The notes under the pieces are model-generated. The model was not told the DNA's origin. It searched no databases and was given only the letters and a program-made list of their open reading frames with translations. DNA of 64,000 nt from Thermodesulfobacteriota bacterium. GTDB lineage: Bacteria; Desulfobacterota_D; UBA1144; Nemesobacterales; UBA2774. Below are positions 10,101 to 19,207 of the stretch, in pieces. Numbering within the stretch: the first letter of the stretch is position 1; each line of letters starts with the position of its first letter. Location: NCBI GenBank assembly GCA_965216785.1, contig OZ244197.1, positions 1,280,001 to 1,344,000 on the forward strand, in the 5' to 3' direction. A program made the translations under genes and the position numbers.

Positions 10101-11615
10101 TCATTTTTCTGTAATCATATTTCTCCTAATCCATCCCTCAGCTTCAAAGGCATGTACGTAATCCATGTAACTTACTAGACACCATCCATCTTCTTCTCTG
10201 ATTAAAGTGACTACCATATTAGGCTGCAATATTCCCAGTGGTTTAGCATCATAAGAATTGGCTTCCATAACCTCAGATTTCTCTATTACTACATAGTCGT
10301 CAAATTGGCTCTTATTCTCCTCTTCTTCGCACGTATTTTCCATGTGTTCTTTCAATTCATTGAACTTTTCTTGTTCATAAATTCTATCTCTTTCTTCCAT
10401 CTCTTTTAGTTCTTCAATGAGTAGTTCCCTAGTAACCACATGTTCTTGACTCATTTTTTCTATTATTTTATTAGTGGATTCCTGAGACACATAGCAGCTA
10501 TGTGATAAGCTAATAAATAAAAATACTGCCGATACAATCACGTTAAGTATCAGAGGGTTTTTAGTACTTTTATCCCAAACATTCTTTATAAATTCAAAGA
10601 AGCTATCTCTTATCTCATTACGTTCTGACTCTTCTTCTGCTGTTAGGATTCGGGAGCAATATTCTGTGTACTTATTGCCAAATGTATTTTGGAATTGTTC
10701 GAATAAATCCTGACTGTCAACTAATTTGTTAAGATAGTCTCTAGCATAATTTATTGGAATGTTATTAGCAGTAACCATATTTATTGCATCCATCATATTA
10801 CGTTTGGCTTCTAATGCTTCTTCAAATTGAAGTGCGGCCGTTGATGGTATATCAAACGCATTAAAGGTCTTGGAGAGTAAATCATTTGTTTCTTTTAATG
10901 TCCTAAGTGTTTCAGTATCCAAAGTTATTTGATTAGGTACTAAATATCCCCGACTAAGGCCTGCAACTAATCCGATATCAACAGCAGCTTGTTGTGCTAG
11001 TTTGATTTGGTCCTCAAACAAGTCACGTTGTTGAAATATTGCATCGCTTAACCCGTGATCTGCGACCAATCCCATATTTGATGCAGTCTTTTGTGCTAGT
11101 TTGATTTGGTCTTCGAACCACTTGGGTTGTTGCAATAGTGTATTTTCAATATCCATCATCTCTATTTGCTTACTAACGGATTGCAACGTTTCTAATTGGG
11201 GAAATGTATACCTCTTCATTCTTTCACTTAGGTCTTTAAATGGTCCCATCAATTTCTTATCGTAGTCTTTAAAAACTTTTCTGAGCTTATCGAAAAAATT
11301 TCCATATTTATGTTTATTTTTTATTTTGTTGTAACGAGTCTTAAGTGCATGACTGTTTAACAAAATTATTCCAATATTTTTCAATTGATACTCTGATAGC
11401 TCAGATAATTTATCTCTTGGTAACTTAGGTTTGATTAGTAAGGAATGTGCAAGGTCACGAAATGCCTCTCTCGCATTTTTTCTACTAGATGCAAACTTCT
11501 GTATGATATTGTGTTGCTTTAAAGTAGGATAACGAAACTCTAATTCACCAATGTTTTTAGTTTTAATTTTGAATGACCCAGGAATTTTTACTTCTAAGTC
11601 TTTGATATCTACCAT
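10101..11615 (-). CDS. Hypothetical single-TM protein with C-terminal SH3b-like domain
   Basis: TM (LILNVIVSAVFLFISL); C-terminal LGILQPNMVVTLIREEDGWCLVSY...EGWI; internal FEDQIKLAQ..A...GLVA duplication. Confidence 0.7.
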   Translation of the reverse strand: MVDIKDLEVKIPGSFKIKTKNIGELEFRYPTLKQHNIIQKFASSRKNAREAFRDLAHSLLIKPKLPRDKLSELSEYQLKNIGIILLNSHALKTRYNKIKNKHKYGNFFDKLRKVFKDYDKKLMGPFKDLSERMKRYTFPQLETLQSVSKQIEMMDIENTLLQQPKWFEDQIKLAQKTASNMGLVADHGLSDAIFQQRDLFEDQIKLAQQAAVDIGLVAGLSRGYLVPNQITLDTETLRTLKETNDLLSKTFNAFDIPSTAALQFEEALEAKRNMMDAINMVTANNIPINYARDYLNKLVDSQDLFEQFQNTFGNKYTEYCSRILTAEEESERNEIRDSFFEFIKNVWDKSTKNPLILNVIVSAVFLFISLSHSCYVSQESTNKIIEKMSQEHVVTRELLIEELKEMEERDRIYEQEKFNELKEHMENTCEEEENKSQFDDYVVIEKSEVMEANSYDAKPLGILQPNMVVTLIREEDGWCLVSYMDYVHAFEAEGWIRRNMITEK

Positions 11616-11657
11616 ACGCCTAATATAACCAAATTTTTAGGAAAAGTTTATTTAATA

Positions 11658-11775
11658 TGTACTGCTCACAATTACTATTAAGTTTTAAGAATCATACTTC
11701 CAACTTAATCTTTGCTTGACAATAGGGGAGCGGTGTACTGCTCCCCTTTTGTTTAGTCGGATGTAAGATGGAATC
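11658..11775. repeat. IS3 mini-element (11658-11737) fused head-to-head with another IRR-type end (from 11734)
   Basis: TGTACTGCTCAC...TAAGAATCATA (matches the orfB 3' end)...CTTGACAATAGGGGAGCGG|TGTACTGCTCCCCTTTTGT. Confidence 0.75.
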
Positions 11776-11855
11776 TTGAATATCTATACTAAGAAAAAGA
11801 AGCCGGCAAAAATAGTACTAAGCTAGCTTATTTCATTTATTATATTAATAATAAG

Positions 11856-11899
11856 TGGCTCCTACGGGATTCAAACACGAATAACAGCCTTGAGGGGAC
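11856..11899 (-). pseudogene. Degenerate tRNA-Glu(CTC) 3'-half (att-site scar)
   Basis: Reverse complement CCCCTCAAGGCTG...TTTGAATCCCGTAGGAGCCA resembles the tRNA-Glu anticodon arm, T arm and acceptor 3' strand. Confidence 0.55.
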
Positions 11900-11962
11900 T
11901 ATATCAACAGCCTTTATCTGATTACCGATAGCATGATAGATTAATAATATTATATAGATAAT

Positions 11963-12059
11963 CTACATTTTCTATCAAATAGCGTCATATTCTGATATAT
12001 TGCCATCAGAAAATGGCAGTCTTGCCAATAAGATAAGAGAAAATAATCTAACAAATTAG
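11963..12059 (+). pseudogene. Remnant 3' end of a paralog of the 9416 recombinase
   Basis: YSDILPSENGSLANKIRENNLTN* vs YADVLPSENGNLANKIRENNLTD*. Confidence 0.8.
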
Positions 12060-12104
12060 GACAATATAGCTGATTGGATGGGAAAAAATAATAATTATTT
12101 TGAA

Positions 12105-12707
12105 CTAAGATCGATCTGCCCAATTGTCATCAAACCAAATACGGGGAATACCGACCTTCTTTGAGGCTTGATATAAAGTTTCTTGTACATCATAAAACTT
12201 TTTCTTTGTATCAATTTCTTTAATAGCATTAAAGGGTAAATTATATTTGAGCTTCTTGAGTTTTTTCATCACGATCCCATCGATTGGGACGTAAAGATAA
12301 TTACTGAGTCTTGCCACTTCATTCTTTGAGAAACGACGACTGTGTAATACCGTATCGCGAAGGATAAGACACAAGATTTTTGTGCCATGCCCCCATTTAT
12401 AACCAGGGTAAATTGAGGGTTTGTCAGCCTGAGGACTCGTCCTTTTTATAACTTCAGCAAATTTAGATAAATTTTTCTCAAAATATGCCTTAAATTGTCG
12501 CTGACTTTTGATAGATTGAAGTTCCTTAACATCAATTTTGATTAGCGCATCAACCAACTTGTTCTTTGTGCCACTTTTAAACACTCGTATTATTGATCCA
12601 CCTAGATTTATGCGTGCAAAGAAGTATAGTTCAGATTCCCAATGGTGCTTTTTTATACGCTTGTACTCTTCTTGTATCAACTCGTACTCTTGTATCAATT
12701 CGTTCAT
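12105..12707 (-). CDS. Hypothetical protein, possibly HhH-GPD-like DNA glycosylase fold
   Basis: WGHGTKILCLILRD ... LYVPIDGIVM (K...P-x-D pattern); basic 200 aa. Confidence 0.6.
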   Translation of the reverse strand: MNELIQEYELIQEEYKRIKKHHWESELYFFARINLGGSIIRVFKSGTKNKLVDALIKIDVKELQSIKSQRQFKAYFEKNLSKFAEVIKRTSPQADKPSIYPGYKWGHGTKILCLILRDTVLHSRRFSKNEVARLSNYLYVPIDGIVMKKLKKLKYNLPFNAIKEIDTKKKFYDVQETLYQASKKVGIPRIWFDDNWADRS

Positions 12708-12839
12708 TTCCGCCTCCCATTATAATTGATAAAAATCAAACTATAAATATTAAAGAATAAAACTGAAATAATATAGAGGGGGACGGCAGGTTAAAAGTTA
12801 TAAGAAATAATTTGATTTATTTCTTCTCGTTATGATATA

Positions 12840-14117
12840 TTGAATAAAATGTACGAATTGAAGTTCCTTCATTGTGCAGATCTTCATATCGATAGTCCTT
12901 TCAAGGGCCTTTCATCTGTAAATACTGAATTAAGGGATATTCTCCATGAATCCACATATAGGTCTTTTTTAAATATCGTAGATTTAGCCATAAACGAAAA
13001 GGTTGATTGTGTCTTAATTTCTGGGGATATATATGATGGAGCCGATAAAAGTCTGAGAGCTCAACTGAGATTTCGAAATGGCTTACAGAAACTCTCAGAT
13101 GAGGACATACTAACTTTCATAATACATGGTAATCATGATCCATTAGATGGTTGGTCAGCAACAATAAAATGGCCTGAATTAGTTGTCATTTTTGGTGGTG
13201 ATAAAGTACAAAAATATCCAGTCATAAAAAATGGACAAGTTATAGCCAATATCTTTGGTATAAGTTTTGCAACTCGTGATATATACGAAAATTTAGCGTT
13301 ACAGTTTGAGAACCTTGAAGAAAATATTCCTTCAATTGCCCTCTTGCATACCAATATAGGAGAAAATACTGGCCACGAACCTTATGCCCCTGCATCTGTT
13401 GAAGATTTAATATCAAGAAAAATGAGCTATTGGGCATTAGGTCATGTGCATAATCATAAGATATTAAAAAACGAATACCCAGCAATTGTTTACCCCGGAA
13501 ATACTCAAGCGAGAAATTCTAGAGAAATAGGAGAAAAGGGATGTTGTATTGTTACATTAACATCTCAAGGAGAATGCAATATTAGTTTTGTGCCAACAGA
13601 TGTTGTTAGGTACAGCACTCATACCCTAGACATTTCAGAAATTGGGAATATTGATGATTTAATTGAAGCTGTGAAAGAGAAATGTGAAGAAATAGCTCAA
13701 GAAATGGATAAACGCCATACAATAATTCGGCTTAAAATTATTGGCAGAACAGATTTACATCATGAGATTAATAAAGAAAATGTTTTAGAGGACTTAATCG
13801 TATCTATTAGAGAACAATTTGAAGATGCAGATCCAATAATTTGGCTGGAAAAATTATTGATCAATACCAATGGTATGTATGATCTAGACAAAATAAGAGA
13901 AGGCAAGGATTTTATTGCAGATATTGTTAGGTTGTATGATGAACTTAATGTACCTGAGCAGATAATTCTGGATGAGTTGAGGGAGGAACTGAGTGTTCTA
14001 TTCTCATCCTGGCAAGGGGCAAGAAAATATTTAGATCAATTGTCGGACGGGGAACTATTAGAAATAGCTAAGCAAGCTAGGGACTTAACACTAGATGATA
14101 TGTTAACTATAGAATAA
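12840..14117 (+). CDS. Mre11/SbcD-like metallophosphoesterase nuclease (YhaO type)
   Basis: ADLH, SGDIYD, GNHD, LLH, YWALGHVH, YPG motifs. Confidence 0.9.
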   Translation: MNKMYELKFLHCADLHIDSPFKGLSSVNTELRDILHESTYRSFLNIVDLAINEKVDCVLISGDIYDGADKSLRAQLRFRNGLQKLSDEDILTFIIHGNHDPLDGWSATIKWPELVVIFGGDKVQKYPVIKNGQVIANIFGISFATRDIYENLALQFENLEENIPSIALLHTNIGENTGHEPYAPASVEDLISRKMSYWALGHVHNHKILKNEYPAIVYPGNTQARNSREIGEKGCCIVTLTSQGECNISFVPTDVVRYSTHTLDISEIGNIDDLIEAVKEKCEEIAQEMDKRHTIIRLKIIGRTDLHHEINKENVLEDLIVSIREQFEDADPIIWLEKLLINTNGMYDLDKIREGKDFIADIVRLYDELNVPEQIILDELREELSVLFSSWQGARKYLDQLSDGELLEIAKQARDLTLDDMLTIE

Positions 14118-14118
14118 T

Positions 14119-16860
14119 ATGGAAATTCAAGAAGTCATAATAGATGGTTTTGGCAAATTCGCCAATATAAGAATTTCTGGTTTCAAAAAGGGTGTTAATA
14201 TCCTTTATGGACCTAATGAATACGGTAAAACAACTTTATTGAATTTCATTAGGCGAATGCTATTTGGATTTCCTAGGAGCTCCCCCAACGTAAATCCCTA
14301 TCCTGCTTTGAATGGTGGATCCTATGGAGGCAAGTTAATTTGCAAGCTGGATAATGGGGATGCTGTTATTATATCTAGGACCGAGGGGCCTCACGGTGGA
14401 AAAGTTTCAATCCAAAATAACTCCTCTGAATTAAATGATCAAGATGCATTGAACAGGTTGCTTGGCAATGTTAGTGGAACTTTATATCAAAAAGTATATG
14501 CAATTAGTCTCGATGAACTACAAGCTATTCAATCGTTGAGCACCGAAGAAGTAAAAAGTCGCATCTATGGTGCCGGACTTGGTTTAGGAAACAAATCTCT
14601 CACAACAATTAAAAAAGATTTATTAACTCATCAAGAGAATATTTTTAAGCCCAGGGGCTCCACTCAAAAAATTCCCAAATTATATAATGAGATTAGAGTA
14701 TTAGAAAATGAAATCAAAGAAATGCAAGAAAATTTATCAAATTATGATGGTTTAGTTGAAGAATTTAATAAATCTAAGAATGAAATTGATACACTTAAGA
14801 TTGAAATAACTAACCTCGAAGCAAAGAAAAATTTATCAGTAAATCAAAAAAAATTGTATCCAACTTATATTGATATTATTGATTCAGAATCTACTTTGTC
14901 TCAACTTGGAAAATCTGAGAATTATCCTGATAATACAATAGAAAGATTAGACAATTTAGAAATTGAGCTGACTGGCATACATAAACGTATTGATGAGCAT
15001 AAGAGTGATCTTGATTTCTTGAATAGTAAACAGGAATCCATTAGTTTCAACAAAAAACTTATAGAATCTGAATCAGATGTTATTGCTCTTCAACAATCTA
15101 TAGAGAACTTTAGGACAGCTACAAAAGACATTGAATTAGAAGAATCAAATAGAAGTGCATTAGTTGATAATATCCAAAGAGAAGTTAATCAGCTCGGAGA
15201 GGGGTGGTCTCTTAGTCAAATAGAACAGTTTCAACTAACCCACGAACAAAAAGAAACTATCAACTCTTTTAAAGATAGATTTATTAATGAAAAAGACAGG
15301 GCGCGGACTATAGAGAACAAATTAGAACTTTATAGGGATCAAAAATTAGCAAATTTTTCTAAAGGTTTTATAGGGCCAGAGTTTTATAAGTATGCTATTT
15401 ATGCAATAATTCTTATTGGGTTATTAGGTGTAGGTTTTGGTCTTTATTCTTCACAAATTAACCTTAACAATATTCCTTCTCTCATAAATTCACAACATAT
15501 CTATCTAATTGGATTTTCTTTTCTTATTTTTATTATTGGAAGTGTAATAGCATGGCATATGAAAAGTAAGAGCACTTTAGATTCAATTGATCCTTTAGAA
15601 CAGGCTTACTTAAATGAACTTCAAGAACAAGAAACAACTTTGACAAACATTAACATGGAATGGAATAGATTTCTTAGTACTTTAAATCTGGAAGAAGGTA
15701 CAACGGTAGAAACGGTTTTAGATATTGTTGCTTCGATAGAATATATAAAAAAGCAAGTTGCTACTTTAGATCAAAATGAAAAAAGGATTCTTAATTTGGA
15801 TAATATTATCAATAATGTTAAACAAATACATGACAAAGTTATCAGTGTTATAGAGGAACCAGCCGTTAGCACTGAGATAAGTGCTAACATAGAATATATT
15901 CAAAGAAAATTTGCAGAAAGTGCTGATAATAAGAGACAGAAAGAAAATAATGAGAAACTTATTACAGAGTTAGAAAATAAAATCGATAATCTTAGTAGCG
16001 AAAAACAATCAAAACTTATAGAAAAGCAAAATTACATTAGATCACTTAATGCGAATGATGAGGATGACCTCAAAAATAAGTACAAAATATTCAAAAAACG
16101 AGAAGAAATACTCGAAAAGATTAATGGGTATAAAAAAATCATACAATCAAATGTAGGAACCAACAAAGATTATGAAGATTTCCTAAATTACCTAAAAGTC
16201 ACTAACCCAGAGACGATAGAGAATGAACTAAATAAGATTATATCCCATTTAGACGAAATCAAAGAAGAACGAGATACTAAAAACCAATATATTGGGGAAC
16301 TTAATAACAAAATTGATGACATAGCGTCTCATCAAGATTTGTTGGTTAAGCAGAACGAAATTGAAGTGAAAAAGCAGCAATTGAACGATCTTTCAGTCGA
16401 ATGGACTAAATTTCAAATAGCTGGAGTAATGCTTAATAAAGCTATTTTTAAATATGAAAATACACGTCAACCAAACGTAATCAAAGCGGCAGAGGAAATA
16501 TTCTTTCATCTAACGGATAAATCCTATACTAATATTACTAAACCAATTGAAAAGGACGATCTTTTTATAAGTGATGAATTTGGAAATAGAAAAGGTGTGC
16601 TTGAATTGAGTAGAGGTACTAAGGAGCAGCTATATTTTGCTATGAGACTCGGCTTAATTAAGGAATATGAAAGTCAGTCAGAATCAATGCCAATAATTAT
16701 GGATGATATATTCGTAAATTTTGATGATGATAGGGGACCATTAGCTATGGAAGCATTACATAATTTTGCATTATCGCGTCAGGTTATTGTACTCACATGC
16801 CATAAAAATATGTGTGAGTTATACAAAGGTTTAGGCGTAAATGAAGTTGCAATTATTTGA
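14119..16860 (+). CDS. Rad50/SbcC-like coiled-coil ABC ATPase with two central TM helices (YhaN/AAA_27 type)
   Basis: Walker A GPNEYGKTT, signature LSRGTKEQL, Walker B IIMDD, TCH; long coiled coil. Confidence 0.9.
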   Translation: MEIQEVIIDGFGKFANIRISGFKKGVNILYGPNEYGKTTLLNFIRRMLFGFPRSSPNVNPYPALNGGSYGGKLICKLDNGDAVIISRTEGPHGGKVSIQNNSSELNDQDALNRLLGNVSGTLYQKVYAISLDELQAIQSLSTEEVKSRIYGAGLGLGNKSLTTIKKDLLTHQENIFKPRGSTQKIPKLYNEIRVLENEIKEMQENLSNYDGLVEEFNKSKNEIDTLKIEITNLEAKKNLSVNQKKLYPTYIDIIDSESTLSQLGKSENYPDNTIERLDNLEIELTGIHKRIDEHKSDLDFLNSKQESISFNKKLIESESDVIALQQSIENFRTATKDIELEESNRSALVDNIQREVNQLGEGWSLSQIEQFQLTHEQKETINSFKDRFINEKDRARTIENKLELYRDQKLANFSKGFIGPEFYKYAIYAIILIGLLGVGFGLYSSQINLNNIPSLINSQHIYLIGFSFLIFIIGSVIAWHMKSKSTLDSIDPLEQAYLNELQEQETTLTNINMEWNRFLSTLNLEEGTTVETVLDIVASIEYIKKQVATLDQNEKRILNLDNIINNVKQIHDKVISVIEEPAVSTEISANIEYIQRKFAESADNKRQKENNEKLITELENKIDNLSSEKQSKLIEKQNYIRSLNANDEDDLKNKYKIFKKREEILEKINGYKKIIQSNVGTNKDYEDFLNYLKVTNPETIENELNKIISHLDEIKEERDTKNQYIGELNNKIDDIASHQDLLVKQNEIEVKKQQLNDLSVEWTKFQIAGVMLNKAIFKYENTRQPNVIKAAEEIFFHLTDKSYTNITKPIEKDDLFISDEFGNRKGVLELSRGTKEQLYFAMRLGLIKEYESQSESMPIIMDDIFVNFDDDRGPLAMEALHNFALSRQVIVLTCHKNMCELYKGLGVNEVAII

Positions 16861-17155
16861 CGCCTTGTTGCTGTTAAGTATTGAGTAGTATTATCAATAT
16901 AGAAATAATGAAGTATTATTTCTGAAGTTTTCAACATATTAATGTTTTAGTTTCAAGTTCTTCATTTCCACAGATCATGGTCTATATATAGTTTCGTATC
17001 TAAATAATCGATAGTGAACAATATCCACAATATTGAAGTTGTAATAAATTATATGTATTAAAAATAAACATTAACTTATAGTTATACTATTCAAGAGGGG
17101 ACCTCCCCAACTTGTTAGGAACTGCCTACTACGTAGAATCGGGTGTTTAACTCAC

Positions 17156-17728
17156 TTATTCAGGAGTCTCAATGCTACAGGCCTTGCCCTCTCGTTCTTT
17201 ACGAGGGACGTAAATGTCAGGTTCTCCACCTTTATATATACTCTTTGTCATGTAATGTATTGCACCCTTTTTAGGGTCGTAAGTATCTATAACTGCGTGT
17301 CCGTTAACAATCCTATTAAGCAAAGTTCCGTTCTTCTGTTGCCCATTACACTTCCAAAGTTCAGCCATATACTCCCAATAAAGCTCACTTAGCCCATCAG
17401 CACCTAGCAAAGCGTGAATGTGAAGGGTCCCCCTCTTCTGGGTTTCGTATACGACTGCATAGCGAATACCACGACCTCTTTGTTTGTATCGCCTTCTAAA
17501 GAGTTTTTTGTTAAGAGAGTCAATCCACTTCTCAAATCTCAACTTAACCAACCCAAATTCTGTATCTTCTCGAAACGTTAAGGTAACAAATAAGTCGTAT
17601 TCATAGCGTGAGATAAGTTCTATCCAGTACTTCTGCCGTTCACTCTTTTCAGAGTACAACTTTCTAGATTTATATTTTTCAAGTCTACGCCTACAGTCTG
17701 CTACAACTTTACCAGCAAATGAACTCAT
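17156..17728 (-). CDS. HUH rolling-circle replication initiator-like endonuclease
   Basis: Motif I FVTLTF, motif II LHIHAL, motif III YMTK. Confidence 0.8.
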   Translation of the reverse strand: MSSFAGKVVADCRRRLEKYKSRKLYSEKSERQKYWIELISRYEYDLFVTLTFREDTEFGLVKLRFEKWIDSLNKKLFRRRYKQRGRGIRYAVVYETQKRGTLHIHALLGADGLSELYWEYMAELWKCNGQQKNGTLLNRIVNGHAVIDTYDPKKGAIHYMTKSIYKGGEPDIYVPRKEREGKACSIETPE

Positions 17729-17733
17729 AATTA

Positions 17734-17961
17734 CTATCCTCCCAGCTTTCGCTTTTGGCTTATAATCACATTAAGTCTAGAATGTTCTCGAAGCCAGTTA
17801 TTTAAATCCTCTGGAATTATTAAACAACGTTTTCCCACTCGAGAGACAGGCAATCTGCCCTCCGCCGAGAGACGATACAGATATGAAACACTAAGACTAG
17901 TGAGCTCTGCTACCTCTGGGATGGTATAAGCAAGTTTCTCATTTTTATGACTTTCATTCAT
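17734..17961 (-). CDS. Excisionase-like HTH_17 DNA-binding protein
   Basis: YTIPEVAELTSLSVSYLYRLSAEGRLPVSRVGKRCLI. Confidence 0.85.
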   Translation of the reverse strand: MNESHKNEKLAYTIPEVAELTSLSVSYLYRLSAEGRLPVSRVGKRCLIIPEDLNNWLREHSRLNVIISQKRKLGG

Positions 17962-18057
17962 TTTAATACCTCCTATTTGATAATATCAACTACAATGTGT
18001 AGAATATAACACAAAATACCACATATATATAGTATTTATGGTACAATATTACACACA

Positions 18058-18972
18058 ATGGAAAATCGGCTCTCAAAATCAGATACAGAATACATAGCGG
18101 ACAAGTTTAATTGGTCAGCAAATGAAGCTAGCAACGCTGTGATAGAGTTTTTGGAAAAACCTTCATTTGCCAATAGTGAAGAGATATTGAGGATATGTAT
18201 TGATGCTAAGACCCCTGATGAAAGAAAAGGAACAATATATGAAAGTTTAGTAAATGCTCAATGTAATGATTTAGCAGAACACGTCTGTAATCAAATTGTT
18301 CGTCCAGACCCTTGTTTTGATATACTTGCCACTTTCAATATTAGTGAACTAAACTCGCCATTTATTACATTAAAAAAGAGGCCGAATAAAGGACCATATG
18401 AAGCCTCATTCTATTTAAGAAACATAACTCCTGGACATATTTTGGTAAATCCAAGTTTGGGCTCTAACCTTGTTTATTCATTATGCTATGAATATTTGGA
18501 TAAGCTTTTAAAAATAAAATTTAGACAAGGATTAAATTCTGAATCATTACTTACAGATATTGTATCAAGAGTGGGCTTCAGGGCATTTGAAATAACTTGT
18601 CTAAAAGATATGGCAGTTTTCTATAGTGCGGTCCCCGTTTTAAACGATAAGGCGACTCGATTAGCTAGAGCTATTGCATCGGCGATAGACAAAAAAGAAA
18701 TAACACAAATGGGTTACTGGTTATATTACGTAGTTATAGAAAGAAATAGAGAACAATATGGTTTAAGAGGGGCGTTCAGGGAACTAGCAAAAGTAACAAG
18801 TCAAAAAACAAGTACAATACACACTACATACTTTGATAGAAAAAAGATAGCAAAAAAAGAAGGTTTAACTCTTGATGATATAATCCATAAATGTTCACTT
18901 CAAAAACCAATACTTGAGATCGAACAAACGTTGCAGAAAATGTCAGTGGATTTGTCAGTAACTGAAGAGTAG
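18058..18972 (+). CDS. Hypothetical protein, possible C-terminal HTH regulator divergent from xis
   Basis: 304-aa ORF; AFRELAKVTSQKTSTIHTTY HTH-like segment; TGTCAGT direct repeats at 18941 and 18953. Confidence 0.6.
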   Translation: MENRLSKSDTEYIADKFNWSANEASNAVIEFLEKPSFANSEEILRICIDAKTPDERKGTIYESLVNAQCNDLAEHVCNQIVRPDPCFDILATFNISELNSPFITLKKRPNKGPYEASFYLRNITPGHILVNPSLGSNLVYSLCYEYLDKLLKIKFRQGLNSESLLTDIVSRVGFRAFEITCLKDMAVFYSAVPVLNDKATRLARAIASAIDKKEITQMGYWLYYVVIERNREQYGLRGAFRELAKVTSQKTSTIHTTYFDRKKIAKKEGLTLDDIIHKCSLQKPILEIEQTLQKMSVDLSVTEE

Positions 18973-19087
18973 AATCTGTATAATGCTATATGAAGACATA
19001 TAAAGCAAATTCTAAATATCGTGTAATAACGGAGGGTTGTAACAACTCTATATCAACACATATAAAGTGATATAATAGAAAATCAGT

Positions 19088-19132
19088 ATGGCATTCATGA
19101 GGTCGAGGGTTCGAATCCCTTCGGCTCCACCA
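19088..19132 (+). repeat. tRNA-Ala(GGC) 3' half, attR-like
   Basis: ATGGCATTCATGAGGTCGAGGGTTCGAATCCCTTCGGCTCCACCA; no D-arm or 5' strand upstream. Confidence 0.85.
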
Positions 19133-19207
19133 GTAATTTCAGGAACTTTGTGCAACCTCACTCACATACTCTATAAATATAAAGTCCATGTGATATATAA
19201 TTAGTCT

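Larger units (their letters stand above)
1..19132. mobile_element. Mosaic genomic island ending at a tRNA-Ala(GGC) 3'-end repeat (left boundary outside window)
   Basis: AT-rich; tyrosine recombinase, excisionase, HUH Rep, IS scars and tRNA fragments; ends at ATGGCATTCATGAGG...CTCCACCA 19088-19132. Confidence 0.7.

Noticed and set aside
19088-19132. Functional tRNA-Ala gene
   Set aside because: Only the anticodon loop to CCA is present; no acceptor 5' strand or D arm.
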